From the NCBI GenBank assembly GCA_002633005.1, contig NMRA01000047.1:436913-500912 (forward strand): a DNA stretch of 64,000 bases, read 5' to 3'. The first letter of the stretch is position 1, and each line of letters opens with the position of its first letter. Below the pieces are notes generated by a model. That model was not told where the DNA came from. It saw nothing but the letters and a program-made list of their open reading frames with translations, and did not search any database. A program made the translations under genes and the position numbers. The DNA is from Phoronis australis. Its lineage: Eukaryota > Animalia > Phoronida. Shown piece by piece: positions 13,601-26,198 of the stretch.

Positions 13601-16600
13601 ACTGAGAGAGTTAATGTTAATATTACCTACGTCTGATATTGTTAATGGTAAGTTGAGTAAATTTTAGTTTACCAAGTCAATTTGAATTTGAGCCTGAACA
13701 TAAATAATTAATAATGTGACAACTATTGCCATTGCCTTTGCCTGCTAGTGTCAACAATGTTAGTGGGGACTTGTTATTGTTCAGACTTACCCTCATGTTA
13801 ATTAATGAGAAAATTTTATACCAGCCCAGAGATTGTGCAGTTAGTAAATTGATTTATTTTAAGTCTTTCACCATACCTTCCTCGTTAATGTCCTTAATTG
13901 CGTTTGAATTGAATAACTAGAAAATTTAAAGGTGAGTGTTTAAGCGAAAGTAGCGAAATAAATGTCGTTTAATATATTTCAACTGTGGGTGAATATGGTT
14001 GTCATACAGTAAGCCATGATTTCATTATGCTTTCGAATTATTAGACTGAGTTATGAAAAATAACTGAATTTTTTTAAAGTAACAGTCTCACCGCCATTGA
14101 TAAGGTAGTCTATAGCATGGAGATGCCCGGCATAGCACGCCACGTGTAGCGGCGTTATCTTCTCCGTCAAAGAGCACAGGTCGACGGTCACGCCATCACA
14201 GTTCAGGAACAGCTCGAGTATGGACAACTTGCCTATCAAGGCACACAGGTGTAACGGGCTGACTGCTGATAGTTTACAGTCATAGCACTTATGCATGAAG
14301 TAGCGACGAGTGAGTGGCTTCAGTCCTGGCAAGCGATCGAATGCAGTCAGGTATATCCCACACATGATCATTTCCGCTGCGTGCGTGTGGTTGATCAATT
14401 TACGTGTTGCCTCATAGTTTCCTTGCAGTACGAAACCGGCCAATCGGAAACACAGTCTCTGGCCCCGCTTAGACTCGAGTGAGAATGCCACTTTGTTCTT
14501 TTTGATTTTAGCCTGTTTATGCTTGTTTTTGTTCTCTGTCGGTGTTTTGAAAATGTTGGTATCAATTCCACCGTTCTGTGGCTGTTGTTCATCATCATCT
14601 GGGTGTTCTCCGTCTGCCTCATTTTGGCCCTTCTGTGTACTACACTGATCTCCCATCCTGTAAAGAATCGTAAACCAAAACAATTAGTCATTGTCAAAGT
14701 CAAATTCCTGTAAGTTACTATATTGGCAAAAGCTGTGTTTTAAGAATCAAAGTTATTGTTTAGCGAACCCCGTTGCAGCAAAAATGATTTTTGTTAAAGC
14801 AGTTAATTGCAGACCCGTATTCATGCTGTACTCATGTCTGTAAGGAACTAAAGGTGTGGTTATTCTAGAAATAGTAAATAAACGAAGGTGCATATTAAAC
14901 AGCTGTTTAGGATTGGGAAAGAATCACATATACTTCTGCTGAGAAATAACACAAAGTTTCTCTTGTCCGCCATATTGTGTGCTAATTATGTTACAAATTA
15001 CCATAGCACAATATACAGTCATCACAATAAACACATTATTGGTACCCATGTCTATTGTTCTCACTTGAGTGATTGGTCTCTGAAATTTAAGTAAATTATT
15101 ATAGATGGAGGTTTCTCCTCCTATGTTAGATGTACTTTACCTGACTCAGGAACCAGCCTTTGTTAAAATGACCCCATAGATCTAGGGTGTGCCCGTGTCT
15201 TTCTCATCCGTCCATAGTGCAGTCGAGACTCTCTAGAACTAGGTGGACCTCTTAGACGTCCTCTGCTTCTGTTAATCTATGCATGGTATTTAATCATAAA
15301 CAATAACATCACAAGCTTGAGAGATGTTTTGATCAATGGGTGTGTTTGTCCCTTAATAATAGTACTCACTACCACTTTGTACCGATCTCCAGAGTCTCTG
15401 TAGGTTTACATATTAGTAATTTTATTCGAGATAACTTTCAATATTGGTTCATTTGTATTTGTGAATTACACTGTAAACCGGTTTACGTTTTTTTGATGCA
15501 GTGATAAATGGAAAATTTGGCCTGTGTGAATTTCTGGAGAACTGTCGGGCAAGCTATTGATTTTACGTGGAAGGGTTCTGGTTGATCTTTTTATGTTTTT
15601 ATTGATCATTAATCATTGGCACACTTCAAAATATTGATTGATTTATACTCCACTGATGATGTAAATGAAACCGCACTCTTTTCTTTATTTTTACTAGTTT
15701 GGACACAGAAAGAGTTAGAGGCATTACTTATTAATAATAAAAACAGGAACATTTTTAAATTGCTGTGCGGCAAGTTCTTACTGGCATTTCGTGAAAAGGA
15801 AAAATCAACTGTGCCGACCATTTTATGGGCGTACCATCAGACATTTAAAATTAATTTTGAAAATTTCATATTTATTTCTGGTTAATGTAAAAAAAATCTG
15901 TATACATGTTGAAAGAGTCTTCTTTGGCAGTTTGAACCTGACTGTTATGCGATCAAATTCTTCTTAATTTATGAAGTTTTTTATTGAATAGAAGCTGACA
16001 GGGTGTCATGAAGTGTTGGCACACTTTTCCACTGAATCCATTAAGTGTTGGCACACTTTTCCACTGAATCCATTAAGTGTTGGCACACTTTTCCACTGAA
16101 ACCATTAAGTGTTGGCACACTTTTCCACTGAATCCATTAAAAATTTTCTTCATTGTTAGGTGTTATTGGTAAACACAGCATGCATAGAATTATCATAGTA
16201 GCCCTTCAATGTGATCTAAGTTTTCAGAATGTCTCTCCAATAAGTACATGTATGAGGACATGCTACAAACTCAGATGGGTAATTTTCCCTTTGCAAGATC
16301 GTCACGGGTTTATATTTTTGGTTTGTGGTATTGTGCCTGGCGGGTAGACTACAGAAGTGTCCTGGGGGATAGCCAAAATAACCAGCATTATTTTGGGTAT
16401 GTTTTTGTTCAGCTGCAACTCTGACCTACCCGTTATCTGGAAGAGAGCCCTCTGGGTTTTTGTTACTATGTTGTACCATGACGTTCACTGCACTCATTCA
16501 TTGTTTTCAGATTCTATAGTTAGGATAATGCCCAGTGTTGAGAGACAGTGTTAAAACTGGGAATGAATTAAAGTTGTCAATCAATTTATTGTTAATTAAA

Positions 16601-19600
16601 AGTATTTAATATACATTAAGTTATCTTTGGTGATCGTTTTTATATTATAATGATAGGAATAACACAAATAAAACTTTTTCTGCCACCTAGAGGGTAGAAA
16701 TGAAAATTTGAATGCTTGCATTCCATTGTCTGTAGACAATAAATTGAATAAAATATTGAGGATATTTTTAAGTTATCATAAGTTTTGTTTAATGAAGTAC
16801 CTTTGTATTCAATTACGACGTCTTCTAGTAAATCTTGCACCATTCATGTTTAAGTACCCACTGCGTCTTCTTAATGTTGTTGAATTGGGATTAAGACAAT
16901 TTCTTTTTGCTTAAAGGTTATCTCTGTGTGCATTTAACAAAATATCTAGTACAAAACTATAGAATTTAAATGACTTATTCGGTGAAGAGCCGTTTTAAAT
17001 CAAGATTGAAAAATTTATGAGTAAGGGAAGCAGCAGAAATGAAGCCCAGTTATCAAAAGCAGTGATCACTTTATTGGCATAGCTTTTGAGATAATGCGAT
17101 TATGTTGTGTCTTTAACCAAAAATAACAGCATTTGGTAACATGTGGAGACAACTCAGACCAGATATTATAAACTACCAGACAATGAGTAATAATTTTTGT
17201 AATATGACCACTGCCCTAGAAACTGCTTTTCTATTGTATCCAGGTTCTCATTCACTACCTTGCATACAGTCAGTAGTAAGACCGAGGTCAGAGGAGTAGG
17301 AGACACATCTGTGCTATGCTCGATTGTCTGCCAGTAAAGCCAGGATTCGAACCGGGGTCTCCCAAATAGGACACAATGCATACTTGTGTTCTCTTACATG
17401 GCATATGCTCTGAAACCTGCCATTGATTCATCAGTACCATCTATTGTAGGCTCTCCAAGAACTAGGTCTGATAGACTTCATAGGCAAACAGACATCCAGC
17501 CTTATAGAACTGGTGGACGAAAAGTCACAATTAGCTGTGGCAATCATTGTCATCATATGGGTGTCAGCTCTGGCGTCTAGCTTCATAGACAACATCCCGT
17601 TCACTACAGCCATGGTGAGTACCCATAGGCCACATGGAGTCTGGAGATGGTCTGTATGTGAAATAGACTCGCTAAATCTTTCGGTGATAAATTAATACTA
17701 AAGGTGCAATGTGCTTGACACATTTAATCGATGCCCGTTATCCGTCCATTGTTACTTTTGCTTTGTGGAGATGGATGAAATAGACCATGGACTATACCAC
17801 AGTAAAATCTCAGCAATCTAGGAAACAGGGCTATTAAGCAGGGCTTGAAATTTTCCTCTTGGAGGATTTCCTCTTTTTACAACACAAAACATGTCTCTAT
17901 CACCCAAACCTAATTATTTGTGGATTGATGCATTACCTGGAAAATTTCCCCTTTTTGTCATTGGTCATTTCAAGCCCTTATTTTTTTCATTTTTCCATAA
18001 GGGATAAGTAGCACCAAATACCTGCCAAGTCATGTTAAAAGCTTTATACTATAGCTACCTCCAGACATCGACTTTGGGAAATTATGAGTGTTCTTAACTA
18101 CGTTAGAGAAGCCTATGAAAAATGATTAGGGGAGCAGTTTTGCCAATTTTTGTCCGAAATTTGTGAGATTTTATCATACATAGGGCCACTAGCTCTCTAT
18201 ATTCGCAAAGTACAAGGTCTGTGATCCTGAGCACAATGCACAAGGTGCTCATTTATTAGCGACACCTGTCGAGTCAACTACAGTACATACATGTAACTAA
18301 GGGTATGGTTTATGAAAAACTGGGAAAAATTTCACTGGAATGCCCTATTGTATTTCAATTTGGGTAGATTTTGCCCCTTTACCCCACAGTACTAATTCAA
18401 TCCCTGATATGTTGTAGGTGCCTGTTATTATTCAGCTGTCAGATGACCCTAAGGTGGACCTCCCCCTGTTGCCACTGACCTTAGCCCTGGCCTTTGGTGC
18501 CTGTCTAGGGGGCAACGGAACACTCATTGGTGCTTCTTGTAACGTGGTCTGTGCTGGCATAGCAGAGCAACATGGCTACGGATTCTCCTTCAAGGAATTC
18601 TTCAAGTGAGTCGCTTGAGTTCATCTCATAGGGTTCTAAGAGACTCTTGTGCTTAGCTAGGCTTACTTTTCTGCATGCGACCATGTTAATTAATGCAGTA
18701 CTGCAAGCCAGCTCAGCATCAAATTATCACAGGTCACATGACAGGTCACATGACTAGGTTTTTTCTGCCTTCCACATGCTTCGCATCTTACTCCTTGATG
18801 GACACAAACTGCCAGGAGGAAATCTCCAGACCATTCAGGTTCAAAAGTCTTTGCAACGTCCCAAGGGATTTATAATGGGCAGATTGAAAGATTTTACCCA
18901 TGAGGAACCCATACTGGGGGGTTCTCATGAGTCGTGATGAGGTGACATGTGTAATGGGCCCGTCTTTGTGTCCAAAGCACACCTGCTGCACTGCAAAAGG
19001 CATCTGGCAACCTGCCTTTTTGTGCGCTCACATATTTACGATGTGGGTGCATATTACCGTCATCTCTGTCTGGGCGTCCGCGCGTCCAGCGTCCGCGGAT
19101 ATATCTTCTAAACTCCTTGCAGGCTGTTATTGAAATTTGGCAGGTGTTTTTCTATGGGGTTGACGACACAGGGCAGCGAGTTTCGGACCGACCCGAATAC
19201 CGCTGTGCCCCCTAGTGGCAATTTTAGTTTTTTACGTTTACCTCATCTGTATCTTTAAAGGTCCTCAACCGATGTTCATGAAATTTGGCACATAGGCATC
19301 TATTAATGAGATGACGTTATCCTCCCGTTTTCGGATAGATTCGATGCATTTTGCGCCATCTAGTGGACATTTTTACTACGAGTCCGTTTTTTGGTGTTCG
19401 TCCCTCTGCCAACCAAACCACTTTAAGGATGATTGTGAAAATTGGCATGTATGTTCTTACTATCAAGAGGATGGTTTACGAAGATTTTCCGATGACTTCG
19501 ACTACTGTGGCACCTCCTAGTGGCAGTTTTGTTTGTTTTCGCGCCCATGGCTGTATCTCCTAAACGCTCTACAAGATCTTTATTAAATGTTGCAAAGGTT

Positions 19601-20960
19601 TTTATATGAAGTTGACAACAGACGACGACTTTTGCAAAGATCAGACTACAGGTGTGCCCTCTAGTTTCAATTTTATTTTTTTACGTTTACTTCATCTGTA
19701 TGTATCTTCCCAGGTCCTCGATGGATTTCTATAAAATTTGGCACATAGGCATCCATTAATGAGATAGATGACACTATCATCTAGTTTTCGGATGGATTCG
19801 TGGTATTTTGTGCCACCTAAAGGCCATTTTTATTGTTTTCAAGTCTTTTTTGGCGTCCGTCCCTCCATCAATCGAACCACTTTGAAGATGATTGTGAAAA
19901 TTGGCATGTATTTGCTTCTCACTATGAAGAGGACTGTTGACGATGATTTTCCGACAACTTCGACTACTGTGGCACCTCCTAGTGGTAGTTTGTTAGTTTT
20001 GCACCCATGGCTGTATCTTCTAAGTCCTCTTTAGAATGTTTATTAAATTTAGCAAGTGTATTTAACAGTATAAGACATTGACGACAACTTTCAGACGGAA
20101 CCAATGAACCTTTGTCCCCAAGTGGCAATTTCATTTTTTCTGTTTTGCTAAAGTTTCTTGATGGATTTTCATGAAGTGTGGTAAATAGCTTTCTGTTAAA
20201 AAAATGTGACATTTTCCAGTTTTTTGATGTATTCGAAATATTTTGCTCTATCTAGTGGCAATTTTTATGATACAAATAAACACCATAGAAGCACACTGTT
20301 TGCAGTGCATTCATTCGTGGGTGCGTTGCTCTTGTTTAGAGCTAGTCTCCAGACTTAACTATTGTTAGTAAAATGTGAGGGCTCATGGTGGAAATAATAA
20401 CGATGAACTAATCATATTTAATGATAATAGGAAGTTTAGATTTCCATTCTTTGGTGACCCATGATTTTTGTGTTTTCTTTCCATTTCATGGTCGATGCTA
20501 AAATGTGTATCCCCCGTGTTCAAACTCATCACTGTTTTGACAATGAGCATCTTTGGTGGATTTAGGGGGTGCACCCATGTGACGTATTCATGCCGTTTTA
20601 TTGCTTTCATGAATGTCAGTTCTTTAGATTATTGTGGTCTGGTCGCTCCTGCTCATGACATTCTTGATCCGCCAGTTAAGTATCTCACAAAACTGCAAAA
20701 ATTGATTTTTGACATTTTATATTTATTTGGAAATATTGTGAAATGTTGCACTTAACTTGTGTTCTAAGCTGTCATCTTATTGAGTTCACTTCCTACAGAA
20801 TTTGCTGCCTAAGATTTGAACTGTGTTGCAGCACCTTCATAACTCATTTGACCACTCATATTTCAGAATTGGATTTCCCATGATGCTCCTCTCTACTCTG
20901 GTGGCCATGTTGTATCTGTTGATATGTCATGTTGCTGGGTCTTGGGGAAACGACATTTAA
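2112..20960 (+). CDS. OCA2: P protein / OCA2-like 12-TM transporter (ArsB/NhaD superfamily); 3' part, 5' exons not identified and probably upstream of the window
   Basis: Thirteen AG/GT-bounded exons join in frame: 2112-2277, 2924-2995, 4308-4430, 4954-5078, 5368-5506, 6056-6191, 7450-7594, 8270-8321, 9092-9200, 9826-9953, 17450-17614, 18418-18605, 20867-20960 (TAA). The translation has OCA2 hallmark segments: [114 protein letters not shown]. Confidence 0.95.
4540..4905. mobile_element. Degenerate foldback MITE in an OCA2 intron
   Basis: Ends gtcccgagacc / ggtctgggac; internal inverted matches include attgactaatcacgtggcacg versus cgtgtcatgccgttggtcaat, and tcatgtgatgtga versus tcacatcacatga. 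Confidence 0.45.
7628..7706 (+). mobile_element. Possible tRNA-derived SINE head
   Basis: A-box-like tggcccggtgg (7635-7645) and B-box-like gattcaaatcc (7682-7692) at Pol III spacing. Confidence 0.3.
10588..10640. repeat. (AAT)n microsatellite
   Basis: Directly visible aataataat run; explains the poly-Asn in ORF 10389-10712. Confidence 0.9.
11447..14656 (-). CDS. Ankyrin-repeat protein with a long disordered, basic C-terminal tail (about 810 aa), nested antisense in OCA2 intron 9954-17449
   Basis: Two coding exons, complement(14092-14656) and complement(11447-13314). The ATG lies just after acceptor ttctttacag|g. Donor g|gtgag and acceptor attacag|gt join in frame as ...[17 protein letters not shown] consensus repeats: [68 protein letters not shown] length 2433 nt including the stop. 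Confidence 0.88.
15141..15300 (-). other. Probable non-coding 5' UTR exon of the nested ankyrin gene (upstream boundary approximate)
   Basis: Good minus-strand donor cag|gtaaag at 15141/15140. The first coding exon starts at a splice acceptor one base before its ATG, so an upstream exon is needed. An in-frame stop just before this donor makes the exon untranslated. Confidence 0.4.
16011..16140. repeat. 32-bp minisatellite, 4 copies
   Basis: aagtgttggcacacttttccactgaatccatt at 16011, 16043, 16075 and 16107. Confidence 0.92.
17839..17979. mobile_element. Short hAT-like MITE remnant
   Basis: Inverted termini cagggcttgaaat / atttcaagccct; no TSD visible. Confidence 0.4.
19017..20337 (+). mobile_element. 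Helentron/DINE-1-like non-autonomous element with about 150-bp internal tandem subunits
   Basis: T-rich ends; 5' hairpin tgcgctcacat/atgtgggtgca (19023-19051) followed by a gcgtcc microsatellite. The gtgggtgc motif recurs near the 3' end (20317-20324). There is a roughly 450-bp higher-order duplication (from 19231 versus from 19680). Confidence 0.65.
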
Positions 20961-22640
20961 ACAATGAAATGGACCATCACAAGCATCAAGTCCATTCAAG
21001 ATGAATTGTTATTTAATACAGAAGACTTGATAGTTATCAGCCACAAGTCTTTATAAGAGATGTAGTGAGTGCATGCTAAAAGTAATCCCCAAAAATATTG
21101 TTTGCTGGTAATGGCAGAAAATTTCACATACATGTATAGCAGACGTGACTCATCATTGCAGCAAAGTCATAATGAAAGAAAGAGCAGCATATCCACCTTT
21201 TTGACTTTCCAATAACTTCCCTGTCATTCTCAATCAGTCCATCCAGAGTCTTTAATGATGAAATCTGCTTTGCCCCAGCCATCATGACGGAAATCCCGAG
21301 CTCTCGGTATGTGATTACTTTTGACATATACTGTAGTGAAACCTCCACGTTCTACTGGGCGAATCAGTGAACAATTGTGTGAGAACGGTGCTATGCTAGT
21401 TTAGAGACCATTTCATATATGTTCTGTCCAATTCAGTTCTGTGTTCAAGTTGCATGCTGCATGGCTGTTTCTATAGAACAGATCCTGTGTAAGCCCGGGC
21501 GCAAATTCAGTAGATGGCATTTTTGGAAACAAAGGTCAAACTCTAATATATGCATGAGCGTCTACTAATGGCAGTGTGCCAAATATTCTTTTGACTTATC
21601 CAAAGTGTCTGGAGACAAGCATTTTTGCTGTCCTTAAAATAATTTTGTTTCCTTTTGTTGTATTCACACATCTCTGAGATGACTATGTTGGTACATGTTC
21701 TTGTTAAATATAATTTATGTTTCTGCTGTTTCAAAGCATACACATATTTGTTGCTATACTACTATTTCATTATTGAATAATTTTTGTCATATTATAAATG
21801 AAATGTCCCGAGTCTCACACATATTTTACAGGCAGTGTGTGAGAGGAAATCAATTTAATTTTAATCTAGATTGTATTGTTTATCTGATGTTGAGAATTTA
21901 GGTTGTTCGAGGTTTGATGTTCACTCAAAATTGAGGGAAACTTTTAGGGCTCAGTCATGCTCATATTTGCCCTGTCAGCATACTTCCCTCATAGATGCCC
22001 CTTGGCTGAGCATACATTGGGGGGGGCCTAATGTGCCAAAATCACTGTACCCATTGCGTACCTAGTCATTCTGAAGTACTGTTATTTTCTTAATCTAGAA
22101 CTGTTATTGAATTTTAACCTGTGTAATGTGTAAACTTAAAGCTGCATTTCTGACTGTGGTTTAGCTGTTGGTTTTTAATTGTTGCTGAAGTACGTTGAGG
22201 ATTGTAAGTGTAACCCCGTTCATCCAGTTGTGAATTCTTGAGAAATGAGCTGGCAATTCAAGTCATGGGCAATTCAAGTCATGGGCAATGCTTATACGCG
22301 ACGTTTTCAAAACTGCAGTTTTAGGGTTGGCCAATTCCAATAAACTGAAGATTTTTTTGGAGTTACTGTTGGCTTCAGTGTTCTTGTTGTTAACGGAATT
22401 AGAATCCTATCTCGGTAGAGTAAAAGGCCTAATTTGATTTTTTAGCCAGCTAACCTAGTGGAAATGTAGCTTTGAATCACAAATTAGGTGCAATAAAGTA
22501 ATGTATATATTTTAGGATGTTGTTGGTGAATGTGGATGATTATGTCTGTTGTTGAAATCATTGGCTTATTAGGAAATTTGTTGAAGGACAGAAGTACTAG
22601 ACAAAAGTGTCTTATTTTATTGATGCTGGACTGAGGTTCA

Positions 22641-23056
22641 GTGCCCGGTTGCATGAAACAGTCCCAAATAGGGACATAACTAAGGTCCCTAAATCATTTG
22701 CATATTTGTGTCATTATTTACTCACAAACAAAATATTTTTCTGTCATTCTATCTTCATTATGAGCCCCTCTTTGACGTAAGACTTTTTCTAATAATATAA
22801 GTAAAAGTTTGTGCCTGTAATTAATTTAAAATAAATAGGGATTTAGTCCTTAAATTAGCATGAAAAGATCCCTGCTCATTTTCAATTACTTTGAGAACTC
22901 AAGGTAGAAATCACTTTGCTTTGTATCAAAGCCAAAGATTGACTTACTAATGAAAATAACGCAGCATGAAAGGTCTATCAGTGTTTTCATAAGACCACAA
23001 GCATGCATTAGATTTAGTGCCCGAGCTGTGTCCCTATTTTTTATGCAACCAGGTGC
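22641..23056. mobile_element. Harbinger/Tourist-like MITE with long degenerate TIRs
   Basis: Left gtgcccggttgcatgaaa...aaatagggacataact...ctaaatc is the inverted counterpart of right gatttagtgcccgagctgtgtccctatttttttatgcaaccaggtgc. Confidence 0.55.
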
Positions 23057-25982
23057 AGGATCCCATTAGAATTGAGCTATATGTATCTACCATCAGGGGG
23101 CGTGACTTTTCAATGACTAACACACTTCCTCCTACTTGTGTAGAATTTGGATGGCAAAAGACCCTGTGGAAAGAACGGGCAAGAAACTCTGACTATGTTG
23201 ACAGTTGGATATAATGTTTTTACTTCTCTCCTCTGGGCAACACCAACATTTTGTTCCTCTCCAAATTTTCACCAGTTATATAGCTTCCAATATCATGGGA
23301 TATCAATTTTGAAATGTGATGGAACATCTGGGATTTCATCCCAGAAACTATTTTTTCTGACTACTATAAATCACTTCTTAATGGGACTTGTACAGCTTCT
23401 ATAAACTGGCCTTCCATCGCAACTAACTTTCGATCTATTCAGTTTGGATCTTTCTGAAAGTGGAACTCAAATTCTAGTGAAGTTGGAGGAGTTTGGTTTT
23501 TGAGTACAGACACTAACTTGGCTTTTCACCATTGTCCAAAGAATGAGTGTCAGTTCTCTGCAAATGAGAAATCATGTTTAGAGTGAAGAACAAGTCATGA
23601 TATGTGTTAGTAAGACATGTACTTTACCACACTGTTCGGCTGTTGATAAAAGTGCACATGACTTCACGGAAAGGATGTGCGGTTTTCAAGCCAAAAATAT
23701 TTAGATGCATTGTCTGTGTTAGAATGTGTAATGTCGCAATTGGGAACAAATTTTATGGGATAGCTCGTTTTTATAGTGGTATATCTCATCTCTAACGTAA
23801 GTTGGTTTGCCTGCAAACAATGCACCAAATGCAGATTTATGACCAGCTTCTAACCACCCAGTATTTAACACCCTACAAATGCCCGACTCCTACCGGCTGT
23901 GTTCTACATCAAGTTGTAAAAACTCCATTACTTGCAGCGCATGCGCTCATACATGTAGTTTATTTCTGTAGCGCCCTAGTGCCTTTTATATTATTACTGT
24001 AAATATTTAGTTTTCAGCTTTAGAAATTCGGTTAGGTATTTACGCTGGTGCTGTAGACCGATCAATTTTTATATACTGGGCGTTCAAGAGGAAATCCTTG
24101 GGAAGTATTGGACCTCCCTGCTGACATGCGATCAAGTAATATTTTAGCCATGTGGTGTCATGACCTTTCTGTAATTGTTGAATGTATGTTTTATCCTTGA
24201 TTGTTTTGTACAATTAGTTTCATTTAGATACCATGAAATTGTTCCTTCCAAAGTTGCATAATAACTTAGAAATCAATCTTTGAGATTACATGGTATAATG
24301 TAGTTTTGCTCAACGTACTGTTTTAATAACGATTGAGGAATTGATAAACGTCTCATTCAGAAGCGTCTGTATTTCGTGATGTCTACTGAGTTTCTTCAAA
24401 TTTAATAAAGCCCCATGTCGCAAACTGTTTGTGCTTTCCTGTAAATGAGGGGAGGTGCTATCCCTTAAGAGGGATTAATAAGGACCAATGATTGTCGGGC
24501 TCTAGTGCTATAGATATTATAATACTCTCTTCTCAGCAATGCGTTACGTGGAAGTGGCAGCAGGGGGGTAGGAGAAAAATATTTTCTTAATTAGGATTTT
24601 AGCTTTTCTCATTAGCGTCGACCAGTTTACGAGTCGTCCCCTGCACTAACTTTAGGATGAGCAGGCACCCACCACACACTGCATGCACACGAATTACTAC
24701 CTGGAAGGGAACCTGATGAGATTTGTTTAAAAAATCATTCTGTACATGTAACTGTGGCAAATAATTTGAAAAGTACTTTCGTCATTCAATTGGTTGAGAC
24801 CAAATTTTTAGAATACTTAATTTGGTGCTCGTTGTCAGTTGTATTGGCACTAAATTTAATGTCAGTTTTGCCTTTTACGCTAAAAGTTACACCGCAGTGT
24901 TTCTATGCCCCTTGTGTTTGCAATAAAAATGATAATCTGGATGTCGCCAAATAAATTTTTTATTGCTTCCAGTTCCCAGAACGGCTTAGGTATTTCCGAT
25001 TGCTGGTCGAGTGTCACTTTGAATGACGTGCTGCTTAGAGCTAACCGCATATTAGTTCTGATAGCGTCACACATGAAGGCGCAATTTGACCTCAAGTTCA
25101 AGACCACGATTGTCCCGCTGCATTTCAACACTGAGCTGGCGATTACGTATGGTTAGGATTGTGAATGAGCCAAGACGGAAAGTTTCTTCATTAATTGAGT
25201 CACATTTGAGATCTGAGAACCGACATATTAACCTCTTTGAAAGTCAAAAAACTTTCTATAATTGTAGATAATTTTAGAACAATATTTCGTATAGATAGCA
25301 AAAATATTTTAAACCGTAACTTCATTTTTTTATTCAGGATACGTGAACATCAGTTGAGCTCGGGATAATTCATTTCTAAAACAGTGTTCTAGATATAAAA
25401 ACATCCCTCAATTTTCAAAACCCAATTTGTATGTGGAAAAGAGCAAGGCCAATCTGTCTGCTTAAATTAAAAAACATCGTCTTGCCTAGGGGCATGTATG
25501 AACTTAATGGGCCCGCATGAACTTGAACTCTCGAAGACAAAACTTGTTTACATTACGAATGGTATGGATTTTTGTAAACAATTAACAAATATCATATTAA
25601 CTGTTATAGTGTAATCAGTAATGTTATCAAATTGCTGCATTTCTTGACATCTGATGAGTGTATACTAAAAAAATTTAAAAGTACTAAAATATTTTTTGTT
25701 TTTCACTAAGGGGGCACCAACAAGAGCTAAATTCAGATATTTTAATCAGCTTTATCATCAATATCAAGATTCTTAAAGTTTAAAAATAACCCAATAAAAC
25801 ATTCGACCACACCAGTACTCATTCTGTGCGTACCTAACTTGATTATATTTTCATGAGAAGCAAGCAAATTCATAATCGTGTGACAGCCATTTTTAAGATT
25901 GATCAAACAAGGTTCCTCGAGAATATGTAGTTTACTAGAAGGTGTTTAATCAGTAATAATTAAATATGGTAAAACAAACAGG

Positions 25983-26198
25983 TTGAATAATATTGGCCAA
26001 GCTTGAATAATGTTAGCCAAGCTTGAATAACATTGGCCAAGCTTGAATAATATTGGCCAAGCTTGAATAATGTTAGCCAAGCTTGAATAACATTGACCAA
26101 GCTTGAATAATATTTGCCTAGCTTGAATAATATTGGCCAAGCTTAAATGATATTGGCCAAGCTTGAATAGTATTGGCCAAGTTTGAATAATATTGGTC
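25983..26198. repeat. 20-bp minisatellite, about 11 copies
   Basis: Unit ttgaataatattggccaagc with point variants. Confidence 0.92.

Noticed and set aside
19311-20034. Similar short ORF pairs (MTLSS..., ...MIVKIGMY...) suggesting duplicated small genes
   Set aside because: They arise from the internal tandem duplication of the Helentron-like element, and frames are not preserved between the copies.
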